Virus record (IMG/VR): IMGVR_UViG_3300031963_000004
Location: 62,001 to 126,000 of that record
Strand: one strand, 5' to 3'
Length of the DNA stretch: 64,000 bases
The notes under the pieces are model-generated. The model did not search any database and was not told where the DNA came from. It worked only from the letters and a program-made list of their open reading frames with translations. The translations under genes were made by a program, and so were the position numbers. Shown one piece after another: positions 49,501-57,800 of the stretch. Each line of letters starts with the position of its first letter. Position 1 is the stretch's first letter.

Positions 49501-50193
49501 AAATATGGATCTGGTGCAATAAGTTCTAGGTCAGGCGGCGGTACTGCTGTACCTGATAGATTGGGACCAGATGGTACTGCCGGCGGCACTAGTCAGATTG
49601 TCCTAGGAGCTACTACACTAGTTTCAGCGGGGGGAGGCGGTGCAGGACTCAGAAGCAACTTTTCAGTTAACACATCAGTAACAGGTGGAAGTGGTGGCAC
49701 AAGAAGTGCGATAACAGGTACAGCAGGTGGAAGTGGTGGTAAGGGAGGGAACGGCATTGGTGCTTCATCAGGCACAACTACAGGAATTAGCGGTGGAGAT
49801 GGCGGTGGTGGTGGTGCCGGTGGTTATAGTGGCAATGGTGGTGGAGGGGGAAATGGTAGCACATCTACAACGCAAGCCTCAGGTACAGCAGGCGCAGGCG
49901 GTGGCGGAGGAGGTGGCGCCGGTGGTAGAAATGCTACACCAAGTACAGGTGTTACGACAACTGGAGGCGGAGCTGGCGGAGGTGTTGGTGCATTAGGTAC
50001 TGGTACAAATGGCACTGCCGGGACTTCAACTACACCTAACGGCGGTGGCGGATCGGGAGGTGCTTCAGGTGGACCAAGTGGTGTTGGTGGCAACTATGGT
50101 GCAGGTGGTAACCAAGGTGGTAGAGGTGGACCAGGTTATGTAAGAATTATTTGGCCGGGAACTACAAGAACTTTCCCTAGTGCAGCAACTTAA
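46528..50193 (+). CDS. Virion adhesin/fibre with Calx-beta-like Ig repeats and Gly-rich domains (1221 aa)
   Basis: Five S(V/I)xEG/EN...F(T/N)V modules; two GGGGGG-rich domains, the second starting SWTVPAGVTSISMVCIGGGG. Confidence 0.8.
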   Translation: MARFGSTASTFGLTFSGSFTPTSTITPSASSVTENSSVTFTITSNLISKTINWRIVHSNTTNADFLNSIGSGTVTTNGSGGASLVITPINDLLFHAAPKSFTIVLSFESKDISTSSSVTIIDAATVSFSSPPSSINEGVTTTFNVTTTSLSNTTLYWSIDLSGGITAGDFSATSGPFSITSGSGSFSITTTPDMTTEGGEAFVLSIRTGSVTGTVRAQTTVSIADTSLTRTYAFGTIPTSINEGNTGIFNVNTTNIPNSPTTTLYWTIVNTSTTNLDFSATSGFFSITNNAGSFSITPTLDMTKTGVESTESFYVQIRTDSTSGPVVATSNNVNVVDMVPTYSVGPNVTSVNEGGTVTWTVTTNHVVNGTVLYWSVNLAFGMSVSDLLDNANATGSVTINDNIGTFTTTLRNDQSTEGSETLYVWLWTDSNKTQGQHVAQSINVTVTDSSTAIVPFVEVGYTIYQDVTSATFTQPAGSSSAFIIAQGGGGGGAGGYAVPNSYAASGGAGGGGSVVRALVNLPAGSTLSVFPGTGGAGSLAGSTTDGAAGAPSSLTGTGISIYAAPGGGGKNYNLRTGGDGGQSITSSASGANVIDFGIVYGSSGTSGVYTTGSFTASIDGGSSATTAGSGVYYPISGGLGGPGGVTNSSMFDAKNGTYGDGGGGGAAYKTTGSSSYGRGGNGGKGTVIVVYGNGNGFTGNQPQYTISPSATTISEGQSVVFTVNTTNVANGTVLYWDNDVNMPHPFFTTSLDHTQSGSVSISSNTASFTLSIPYDSVDDNNDRISIRLFRDSGRKYMVARASIVTIENFAQLALTQNWTSITFNQGTAVTNGRPFTPSGGSGSYWILPDSSAETALSNVGLSWDPLTGTITGTPNAGLTALTFNVLYTSSTSTASQQLSRTITVSVASVGEFTLTGSLNDVTQSWTVPAGVTSISMVCIGGGGGAGAFGLQYNTAGTLLRRYGGGAGGGGALSYRNNYSVSPGSTLTVTAGKYGSGAISSRSGGGTAVPDRLGPDGTAGGTSQIVLGATTLVSAGGGGAGLRSNFSVNTSVTGGSGGTRSAITGTAGGSGGKGGNGIGASSGTTTGISGGDGGGGGAGGYSGNGGGGGNGSTSTTQASGTAGAGGGGGGGAGGRNATPSTGVTTTGGGAGGGVGALGTGTNGTAGTSTTPNGGGGSGGASGGPSGVGGNYGAGGNQGGRGGPGYVRIIWPGTTRTFPSAAT

Positions 50194-50444
50194 TTCATTA
50201 TTTGAGCAATGAGTATTAATTTTTGTAGGTGATTAATACTCTTATTAATTTTTTCAATTTGACTTGCCAGCATACTAGTTCTTTTAGTTTGCCTAGCAAT
50301 AACTTCAGACCTACTTAATTCAGTAACCATATCTTCAATATTCTGAAGCATTTTCTTTAAGTCTGGGTTATGACTAACATTCTTCAAGTCTTTCCGTAGG
50401 TTGGCGCTAATGATTTGCCAATCCAAAGCAACTTTGAGTTCCAT
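50190..50444 (-). CDS. Hypothetical helical protein
   Basis: 84 aa; converges on the adhesin gene. Confidence 0.55.
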   Translation of the reverse strand: MELKVALDWQIISANLRKDLKNVSHNPDLKKMLQNIEDMVTELSRSEVIARQTKRTSMLASQIEKINKSINHLQKLILIAQIMN

Positions 50445-50468
50445 AAAATATTTTTAAAAAATGAGGTT

Positions 50469-50486
50469 TTGTAACAGAATTGTCAT
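50469..50486 (+). promoter_or_regulatory. Pho-box-like tandem repeat upstream of pstS
   Basis: TTGTAAC-agaa-TTGTCAT; TGTAAC at 50470 and TGTCAT at 50481 give the 11-bp period of PhoB boxes. TAAATA follows at 50498-50503. Confidence 0.65.
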
Positions 50487-50546
50487 ACTATAACTATTAA
50501 ATATTTATTGCAAATGAATATTTTTTATTTAAAGGAGACACACAGT

Positions 50547-51572
50547 ATGAAAAAGGTATTTGCATTATTAACCTTAATGGTTTCACAAGTCGCAATGTCA
50601 GCAGAATTTACTGGGGCAGGTGCGACTTTTCCATATCCGATTTACGCAAAGTGGGCAGAAGCTTATAAAGCACAAACTGGGATAGGATTGAATTATCAGA
50701 GCATTGGTAGTGGTGGCGGTATTCGTCAAATCAAAGCAAAAACAGTTGACTTTGGTGCAAGTGATATGCCATTAAAACCAGAAGAACTTGAGAAAGAAGG
50801 ACTAGTGCAATTTCCAGCTATCATAGGTGGAGTTGTTCCAGTTGTAAACTTAGATGGTATACAAGGTGGTCAACTAAAATTAACAAGTGATGTTATTGCT
50901 AACATACATTTAGGTAAAATTACTAAATGGAATGACAAAGCTATTGCCGAAATAAATCCTGGAGTTACATTACCTGCATTAAATATCACAGTCGTACATC
51001 GTGCAGATGGATCAGGTACAACATTTATTTGGACAAATTATCTAAGCAAAGCAAACGCAGACTTTCAAAAAACAGTAGGCGAGGGCACAGCAGTTAAATG
51101 GCCAGTAGGTGTAGGTGGTAAAGGTAATGAAGGTGTAGCAGCGCAAGTTCAGCGCATCAAAGGTGCTTTTGGTTATGTAGAATATGCATATGCTAAAAGA
51201 AACAAAATCGCACATACGCAATTAAAAAATCGTGATGGCAATTTTATTCAACCAGATGACAGTACATTCAAAGCAGCAACAGCTAATGCAGACTGGAATA
51301 ATGCTCCTGGCATGTACTTATTATTAACTTGGCAAACAGGCAAAGACGCATGGCCTGCAACTGGCGCAAGTTTTATTCTAATGCACAAACAACAAGCAGA
51401 TGCATTAACTGGTCGTGCTATTTTGAAATTCTTTGATTGGAGTTACAAAAATGGTAGCAAGATGAGTGAAGAATTAGAATATGTTCACTTACCACAGTCA
51501 GTTATTAAGTTGATACAAGAAAACTGGCGCCGTGACTTCAAAGGTCCAGATGGTAACGCAATTTGGAAATAA
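50547..51572 (+). CDS. pstS: Phosphate ABC transporter substrate-binding protein PstS
   Basis: Signal peptide, GAGATFPYP, GSGGG, DFGASD, RADGSGTT, GKGNEGV; AGGAG SD before ATG at 50547. Confidence 0.96.
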   Translation: MKKVFALLTLMVSQVAMSAEFTGAGATFPYPIYAKWAEAYKAQTGIGLNYQSIGSGGGIRQIKAKTVDFGASDMPLKPEELEKEGLVQFPAIIGGVVPVVNLDGIQGGQLKLTSDVIANIHLGKITKWNDKAIAEINPGVTLPALNITVVHRADGSGTTFIWTNYLSKANADFQKTVGEGTAVKWPVGVGGKGNEGVAAQVQRIKGAFGYVEYAYAKRNKIAHTQLKNRDGNFIQPDDSTFKAATANADWNNAPGMYLLLTWQTGKDAWPATGASFILMHKQQADALTGRAILKFFDWSYKNGSKMSEELEYVHLPQSVIKLIQENWRRDFKGPDGNAIWK

Positions 51573-51581
51573 GGGAAAATC

Positions 51582-52988
51582 ATGAAAAAATTTGCAAAAT
51601 TAAGTATTATATTAGCATTAGCAACTGCAATACCTGCTTTTGCTGATGAGTACAAAGAAACATTAAGTATTCTTAGAGATAAAGGCATTCTTACACAACA
51701 AGAGTATAATTCTAAACTCCAAGCATATGAAGAAAGAGAAGAAAACAAAAAGTTTGCAGAACAAAGAATCGACAAAGATGTTAGCGATAACAACAAGTGG
51801 AGACAAGCTAGAGCAAACGATGGTTCAGTTACCGAAAACGGGATCGGACTCAAAAGTAAAGATGGAAACAATACCATCCAACTTACAGGTAGACTTCATA
51901 TGGACTATCGTCAGTACGACCCCGCTTATGGTGCAGGTCAAACCACAGATTCGTATCAGAACCTAGCAGAAGTTCGTCGTGCTAGATTTGGTGTACGTGG
52001 ACAGTTCGCCAAAGACTTTAGATATCAGTTACTTGCTAACTTCGGCAATGAAGTAGGTGCCTCTGCAACTACTACAACAGCAGATGAAATGTGGGTAAAC
52101 TATGCTGCTAATCCTGAAATGCAATTTCAGTTTGGTTTGTTTAAAATGCCTTTTAGTTTAGAACAATTAACAAGCTCTAACAATATTGATTTTATGGAGC
52201 GTAGTTTAATTGGTAATACTGATGGTGAGTTTATACCAGGAAAAGAAACTGGCTTTATGTTACATGGTATTCCTAAGCCTGGTCTACTCTATCAAGTAGC
52301 ACTAAGCCGTGGTCGTGCTAACAAAGATGCATCTAATGATGGCTTTGATTACATCGGTCGTGTTGTAACAAACGTAGCCGAATTACAAGGTAGCAAAGCA
52401 TATGTATTACACTTAGGTGCAGCATATAGCACAGGCGAAGTTAAAGGTGGTGTTACACCAGCAAGCGGTAGAACAGAATCACGCAGTCAATCAGCATGGT
52501 TCACAGGTCCAGCGTTAAGTGGTACTACTACAAGAACACGCCAAGGTCTTGAAGCAGCATTTGCTTATAATGGTCTAAAGGTACAAGGTGAACAGTTCCA
52601 ATTCAATTATGATCCTACTACAGGTAACGATCAGAAAATAAATGGATACTATGTGCAAGCTTTGTATAACTTGACAGGCGAAAGTCACAACTACAAAGAT
52701 GGTATCTTTAATTGGATCAAACCTAACAACCCAACTGATAAAGGTGGTAAGGGTGCATGGCAGGTAGGTGTGCGTATCAGCGAGTTTGATGCTAGTGATA
52801 TTACTGTAGTTACTGGCAAATCAAATCGTGCTACTGCTATGACTTATGGAGTTACTTGGTTCTGTACAGATAATCTACGCTTTATGTTAAACTACGTAGA
52901 CACAAAGTTTGACAGTCTTGTAGGTAGCTCAGGTAGTCGTGTAAACGGTGACAGAGCAATCATGTTCAGGAGTCAGTTAAGCTTCTAA
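51582..52988 (+). CDS. Phosphate-selective outer-membrane porin, OprO/OprP family
   Basis: Signal peptide, coiled-coil leader, VRRARFGVRG, GLFKMPFSLEQLTSSN, FMERS, terminal QLSF; co-transcribed with pstS. Confidence 0.88.
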   Translation: MKKFAKLSIILALATAIPAFADEYKETLSILRDKGILTQQEYNSKLQAYEEREENKKFAEQRIDKDVSDNNKWRQARANDGSVTENGIGLKSKDGNNTIQLTGRLHMDYRQYDPAYGAGQTTDSYQNLAEVRRARFGVRGQFAKDFRYQLLANFGNEVGASATTTTADEMWVNYAANPEMQFQFGLFKMPFSLEQLTSSNNIDFMERSLIGNTDGEFIPGKETGFMLHGIPKPGLLYQVALSRGRANKDASNDGFDYIGRVVTNVAELQGSKAYVLHLGAAYSTGEVKGGVTPASGRTESRSQSAWFTGPALSGTTTRTRQGLEAAFAYNGLKVQGEQFQFNYDPTTGNDQKINGYYVQALYNLTGESHNYKDGIFNWIKPNNPTDKGGKGAWQVGVRISEFDASDITVVTGKSNRATAMTYGVTWFCTDNLRFMLNYVDTKFDSLVGSSGSRVNGDRAIMFRSQLSF

Positions 52989-52990
52989 AA

Positions 52991-53010
52991 TAAGCCCTTC
53001 GGGGCTTTTT
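52991..53010 (+). terminator. Terminator of the pstS-porin operon
   Basis: aagccc-ttcg-gggctttt. Confidence 0.85.
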
Positions 53011-53012
53011 TA

Positions 53013-53678
53013 ATGGAGATAAATAGACATATCATGCTCCCAACAATAGCTTTATTTTTACACCAACCTAAGTGTTCAGTGCAAAGCGGAAATGGGATTA
53101 TCAAAGCATTAAGCCCACACTTTAGATTCAAGATTTTCACAAAACATGAACTAGAGGATGACTTTTTTGATGATGTGGATATTATTGCAGTTCCCGGAGG
53201 AATCGGAGACAGCGATACTTACAAATATCTGATGAAAATTCATGCTCAGTCCATACGGAACTTTGTCGCATCAGGTGGAAAGTACTTAGGAATTTGTATG
53301 GGTGCTTATTGGGCCGACACTGAATACTTAGGGCTATTGAATACGACAAGAGTGGTTCAATATATAAAAAGACCAGGTACCGACACACGCCGACCCCACG
53401 CAAAAAACATTCAAATCACATGGGAAAACAATCCTATGAATATGTACTTCTTTGACGGGTGTGCTTTGGTCGGGGATGAGAGTAAATTTGAAACTATCGC
53501 TAGATACAAGAACGGCGATCCAATGGCTATTATTCAAGATAATGTCGGATTAATAGGTTGTCATCCAGAGAGTGAAAAGCATTGGTATGATGGTTATAGT
53601 TGGATGCGTAGACATTATCATAACAACACTCATGGTAAATTATTGTTGGATTTTACATATCGCTTACTAAAGAAATAA
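53013..53678 (+). CDS. Class I glutamine-amidotransferase-like (BPL_N-type) protein
   Basis: VPGG, YLGICMGAY nucleophile elbow, GCHPE triad; likely start at 53034 after TAAATA at 53020-53025. Confidence 0.8.
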   Translation: MEINRHIMLPTIALFLHQPKCSVQSGNGIIKALSPHFRFKIFTKHELEDDFFDDVDIIAVPGGIGDSDTYKYLMKIHAQSIRNFVASGGKYLGICMGAYWADTEYLGLLNTTRVVQYIKRPGTDTRRPHAKNIQITWENNPMNMYFFDGCALVGDESKFETIARYKNGDPMAIIQDNVGLIGCHPESEKHWYDGYSWMRRHYHNNTHGKLLLDFTYRLLKK

Positions 53679-53679
53679 T

Positions 53680-53883
53680 ATGTGGGTATTACTTATAATC
53701 GTTCTTAGTTCTGAACCTCCTTATAGACATAAAGGAAGTGTTAATAACTTTTATCTTACTGAAAGTGAGTGTAGGAAAGAATTGACTAAGGCTATGCAAG
53801 CACTATATTTAAAAGACACACAAATATCAGGAAATTGTACTTTTAAAGATTATCTTACACCAAACAAAACATTTGATCAATAA
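53680..53883 (+). CDS. Small Cys-pair protein (family A)
   Basis: MWVLLIIVL...YLTESEC...C. Confidence 0.6.
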   Translation: MWVLLIIVLSSEPPYRHKGSVNNFYLTESECRKELTKAMQALYLKDTQISGNCTFKDYLTPNKTFDQ

Positions 53884-54084
53884 TCAACCACCGGGTGAAT
53901 TGTAATATTTAATGTAGATACATCTTGGACTTACTCTGTAACCATCTGTATACCAAGTAGCCCTGATTCTTTCTTTTTCACGCATACATGTTTCGTAACT
54001 AGGCTGAGGAGCCTGTATAACTCCCTGACTTTGTGTAAAGCCATAAGATTGTGGCAAATACATACTGATAATGAGAATCCACAT
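53884..54084 (-). CDS. Small Cys-pair protein (family A)
   Basis: MWILIISM...PSYETC...C; TAAATA at 54090-54095. Confidence 0.6.
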   Translation of the reverse strand: MWILIISMYLPQSYGFTQSQGVIQAPQPSYETCMREKERIRATWYTDGYRVSPRCIYIKYYNSPGG

Positions 54085-54101
54085 ACTATTATTTAGTTAA
54101 A

Positions 54102-54123
54102 AATAGGGACCGAAGTCCCTATT
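54102..54123 (-). terminator. tmRNA terminator
   Basis: Minus strand aatagggac-ttcg-gtccctatt followed by a U-run. Confidence 0.85.
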
Positions 54124-54124
54124 A

Positions 54125-54433
54125 CTATTTTTGGTAACAAGGGATAGTTCCCCCGGAGATCATGCTGCTAGAGCAAAAACCTCATCGTTAGCTGCGTTTG
54201 CAGTTATAATTTTGCTTGATTTACGGTCATCGCCTACCGTGCTGTCCACTCGCCTACTCTTGACCCTGTCGAAACCATGTCTGGCCCATCAAAAGCAAGT
54301 TGGAGCTACTTATTATACCAACATTCAGGAACCGTAGCGGCCGCACAGTATCCGAAGCCATTTGCTTTTGGTGGACCAGGCGGGAGTCGAACCCGCGTCC
54401 AGAACCCTTTTGGGGTTGCTTCATACAGCAATA
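54125..54433 (-). ncRNA. ssrA: tmRNA, circularly permuted two-piece gene
   Basis: Acceptor piece ends GGACGCGGGTTCGACTCCCGCCTGGTCCACCA (3' end at 54369). An 81-nt intervening segment follows. The coding piece starts GGGCCAG at 54287; G3.U70 pair present; tag ORF 54201-54160 reads ANAANDEVFALAA-stop. Outer ends are approximate. Confidence 0.93.
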
Positions 54434-54439
54434 ACCTGT

Positions 54440-54468
54440 AGTTTATATTTATTCGGAAAGATTGTCAA
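54440..54468 (-). promoter_or_regulatory. Sigma70 promoter of ssrA (a TAAATA lies within the spacer)
   Basis: TTGACA-atctttccgaataaata-TAAACT. Confidence 0.75.
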
Positions 54469-54472
54469 CAAA

Positions 54473-54667
54473 TTAGGGTTTCTTAACTTGTTGTTCGGGC
54501 ACACAAAATGCGGTCATGTTTGGTCTATTGTGTGTGATGCTACGTGCGACTTCTAAACATTCTTCCATTCTGTCAAATGTTTTCCATTGACTTTCATGGA
54601 TATGTCCTGAGATAATAACAGCAACAATTAATACATAATTCACATATAATTCCCGGTTATATGTCAT
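54473..54667 (-). CDS. Small Cys-pair protein (family A)
   Basis: YVLIVAVII...FDRMEEC...C; start uncertain (an internal GTG is possible). Confidence 0.55.
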   Translation of the reverse strand: MTYNRELYVNYVLIVAVIISGHIHESQWKTFDRMEECLEVARSITHNRPNMTAFCVPEQQVKKP

Positions 54668-54681
54668 TATGTCGAAATAAA

Positions 54682-54819
54682 CTAATCTTCGTAATCGCTC
54701 AGTGGCTTTTCTTTACTTATCCATTCATGGTATATTAAAACACAAGCCAAACAGATACAACCGGTTAATAAAACCCCAAGCAGAAATCCAATTACAAAAT
54801 ATAATCCTTCAACTGACAT
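54682..54819 (-). CDS. 45-aa single-TM peptide (not in the ORF track)
   Basis: MSVEGLYFVIGFLLGVLLTGCICLACVLIYHEWISKEKPLSDYED; TAAATA at 54825-54830. Confidence 0.55.
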   Translation of the reverse strand: MSVEGLYFVIGFLLGVLLTGCICLACVLIYHEWISKEKPLSDYED

Positions 54820-54834
54820 ATAATTATTTATAAA

Positions 54835-57800
54835 TTACGGGTATAAATTATCGTAGTACTCTTTGATCCAAGCCCAGTCATAGGTTAATCTTAGTTTCTC
54901 AAAGTCACCCTTAACACTTTCATAATACTTGACCGCTTCGTTTGCACCCTTCAAGCAATATTCGCTGTATTCTCCGGTAGCCACGGTAAGCCAAATGTCA
55001 AGTCTTTCTTTGTTTTCTTCAGATCCTATAGTTTCTACGCTATGCTTAAGTTTGACTACTTCTCTAAAAGCAGTTCTCCAAGTATCCCATTTGCTTGTAT
55101 TAAACCGACTAATCCCTGAATTAATATTAACAACTTCGTGTTCACTGTCAAGTGTAAAGTCTAGACCCTTAACAATAGTATTAAGTGTCAACTTTTTATT
55201 GTTGGCGACAATAGCTTGGTGACCATATTCTAATCCATTTAATGGGTTAGTAGCAGTAAAGATATAATGCTTTGGTATCTGTAATCTATCTGGTTGCCAA
55301 TCAAAATTAAAATCTTCATTGACTTTAAGCTTTGCGTTCACTAAGAAATACCAAGGTGTGTTTGACATTCTAGCTGCTTCATGTTGACTAGCTACACGAC
55401 CTTTAATACCATCAACACCTACTACTATGTTAGGCAAGTCTTTTGCTATATTCAACAGATGTTCGTAGTTTTCTTCCGCGCAAGCTTCACCATTACTAAA
55501 GAAAACAATATCTAATGGTTTGCTTTGCGATAATTTTTTACTTGTGATTATATATGGATAATCGTAAATTTCTTTCTTAACAAACTTACTTGTTTCTTTG
55601 GGAGCAATGATTCTACTTGCACCTGTACTTGTGATTATAACAGTTTTATCTTCTGCTTTCCATAATGACATTGTATCAATATCTTCATGCCTCATGTTTT
55701 TATTATCTGCTGTAATAAGAACTTGATATGGAAAGTCTACTTGATTGTGAATGCTATTAACCAAAGTATCATCATCTACTATAGTAACAGGAGCAGGCAA
55801 TCTTGGAACTGATTGCTCACCTTTAAAATTTATTTCAGGGTAATCATCTAACTTTTTAATAATTGGTAAAAACATTCTTAATTCATTCACATTTACTAAG
55901 AATGTGTCACCGAACTTTTGATTATTACTAGCAAACACATACATCTGTTCGCTTGTACCTGTATCAAACGTCTGAGTAAAATCAAAATTACTATAATCAC
56001 AAATTGAACTACATATCCAAATATAATGCTCGTTCTTAGTAGGCAATGATTCTACAATAGAAAAGAACGTCTGATAGTAATCTGTGTCGTGTGGGATAAC
56101 TGTGATATTTCTGTTTGGAACTCTGTCTTTTAAAGTTTCTAAACAAGTGTGTTGATTGCCAAAATCAATTAGATAAATGTCATGCAATGATTCTTTTATC
56201 TTAGCCTCTTTGTTAACAAAGTTTAGCATAGACATATCTTCAAGTAGTTTATCTTTTTTATATTCAATAAGATATGAATCCTTATTTACAAGATAAGTGT
56301 AACCCCACTGAGTCCATTGGGTCTTAAATACGTGAAGCATTCTTGTTTGCCAAATACTAGGATAGTAGTTAAAATCAAAATCAGCATAATCAATCTCGCT
56401 ACTTAAAACCCAAAACAGTTTAGTTTTAGACTTGTTGGCACAACTAGCAATTACTTCAGCCCAGCCGTTAGCGAATCTTGTTTTCTTTATTTGAGGAAAC
56501 TTTTCTTGTAGTATTTCAAAATTTTCTAAACTATCCTTATTCATTCTATCAATATAAAACATATCTAGTTTAGAATCTACATCAATTTCTAGTTCAGAAA
56601 CATAATTATACTGTATTTTTTCTTTACAGTGTTTTTCAATAACAAAGTACGTCTGTAGGTCTAGGCTCTCTTTGTTTCCAAAAACATGCACATATGGGGA
56701 TTCATAATCTTCGGGTTCCCAACTAAAATCAAACTTGTCGTAATTTAATTCAGCGTTTAGGGCCCAAAACATTTCATCAGGATGTTGTTTAATTAAATCC
56801 TCAAGTGTAGTTTCAATATAATATTTTTTGATGTTTTTGTTAATTAATTTTACAATAGGATTAGCAACAAACTTTGTCTGCGTTGCACCTTCTATTTTAT
56901 ATTCTAACACATATTTTAAATTATCTCTATACTCATTTTTGACTCCAAATTTGTAGATATAGGGAGGGTCTCTATCATCATGATGCCAACTATAATCGAA
57001 TAAAATTTCATCAGTAGTTAACTTTGTAAATCTTGATTCATCCGGCAATTTGATTGCTGCTTGAAATGTTTGATATTTAATACCTTCATAATCAGCAACC
57101 ACATAAACAGGACCACCCGTATTTTGCCATTGTGTGCCAAACATATGTAAGTAAGGTTCGTCTTTTCTTGGTTCCCAACTGAAATCAAACTTACTTACAT
57201 CTAGACCTTTAGGCACTGCCCAAAAATTATCTTCAGGGAATTCATTTATTAAATCATCTAAATCGGTTTCAATATAATGAATTACCGTATCAGATGATTT
57301 TTTTGCTATCTGAAATGTTTGATATTTTACTCCCATATAATTAGGAACGATAAGTGCAGGTCCTGCATCTTGATTCCATTGCGTACCAAACTGATGTAAA
57401 TACGGAGGTTCTCCTATAGGAGGTTCCCAACTATAATCAAAATCTTCATCATTTAAATTTTCAGGTACTACCCAAAAAGTTTCAGTTCTATGTTCAGATA
57501 TTATTTTTTGTAACGTATTAATTTTATCTAATGTATATTTTTTAAGTGGTATTTTAGCTGCTAAAGGATAATCATGATACTTGTAACCTTTATTAGAAGG
57601 TACTACATATGCAGGTCCATCTGATGTATTAAATCTCGTACCGAATTGATGAATATAAGGAGGGTCATATCTGTTAGGTACCCACGTAAAATCAAATGAT
57701 TCTTTGTCTATATTGTTAGGTACTGCCCAAAATGCATCACTAGGATATTCGTAAATTAAATCCTCAACTGTCGTAGTATCATCTATTTCATAAATAGGAA

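Noticed and set aside
40320-50093. Minus-strand ORFs inside the two fibre genes (e.g. 45219..45680, 46809..47438, 49824..50093)
   Set aside because: They are expected antisense open frames of low-complexity Gly/Thr/Asn-rich genes; no SD, promoter or recognisable motif.
54369-54400. tRNA gene suggested by GGTTCGA T-loop and CCA
   Set aside because: No anticodon arm upstream; the matching 5' acceptor strand lies downstream and leads into a tag ORF, so this is the tmRNA acceptor piece.
38725-54433. Host chromosomal DNA, prophage boundary or chimeric join around sgaA, pstS and ssrA
   Set aside because: These genes are interleaved with virion genes and carry phage-type promoters, with no obvious composition shift; no integrase or att site seen. 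Read mapping would be needed to exclude it fully.
54131-54556. Plus-strand ORFs 54131..54337 and 54362..54556
   Set aside because: They are antisense shadows of the tmRNA and its promoter.
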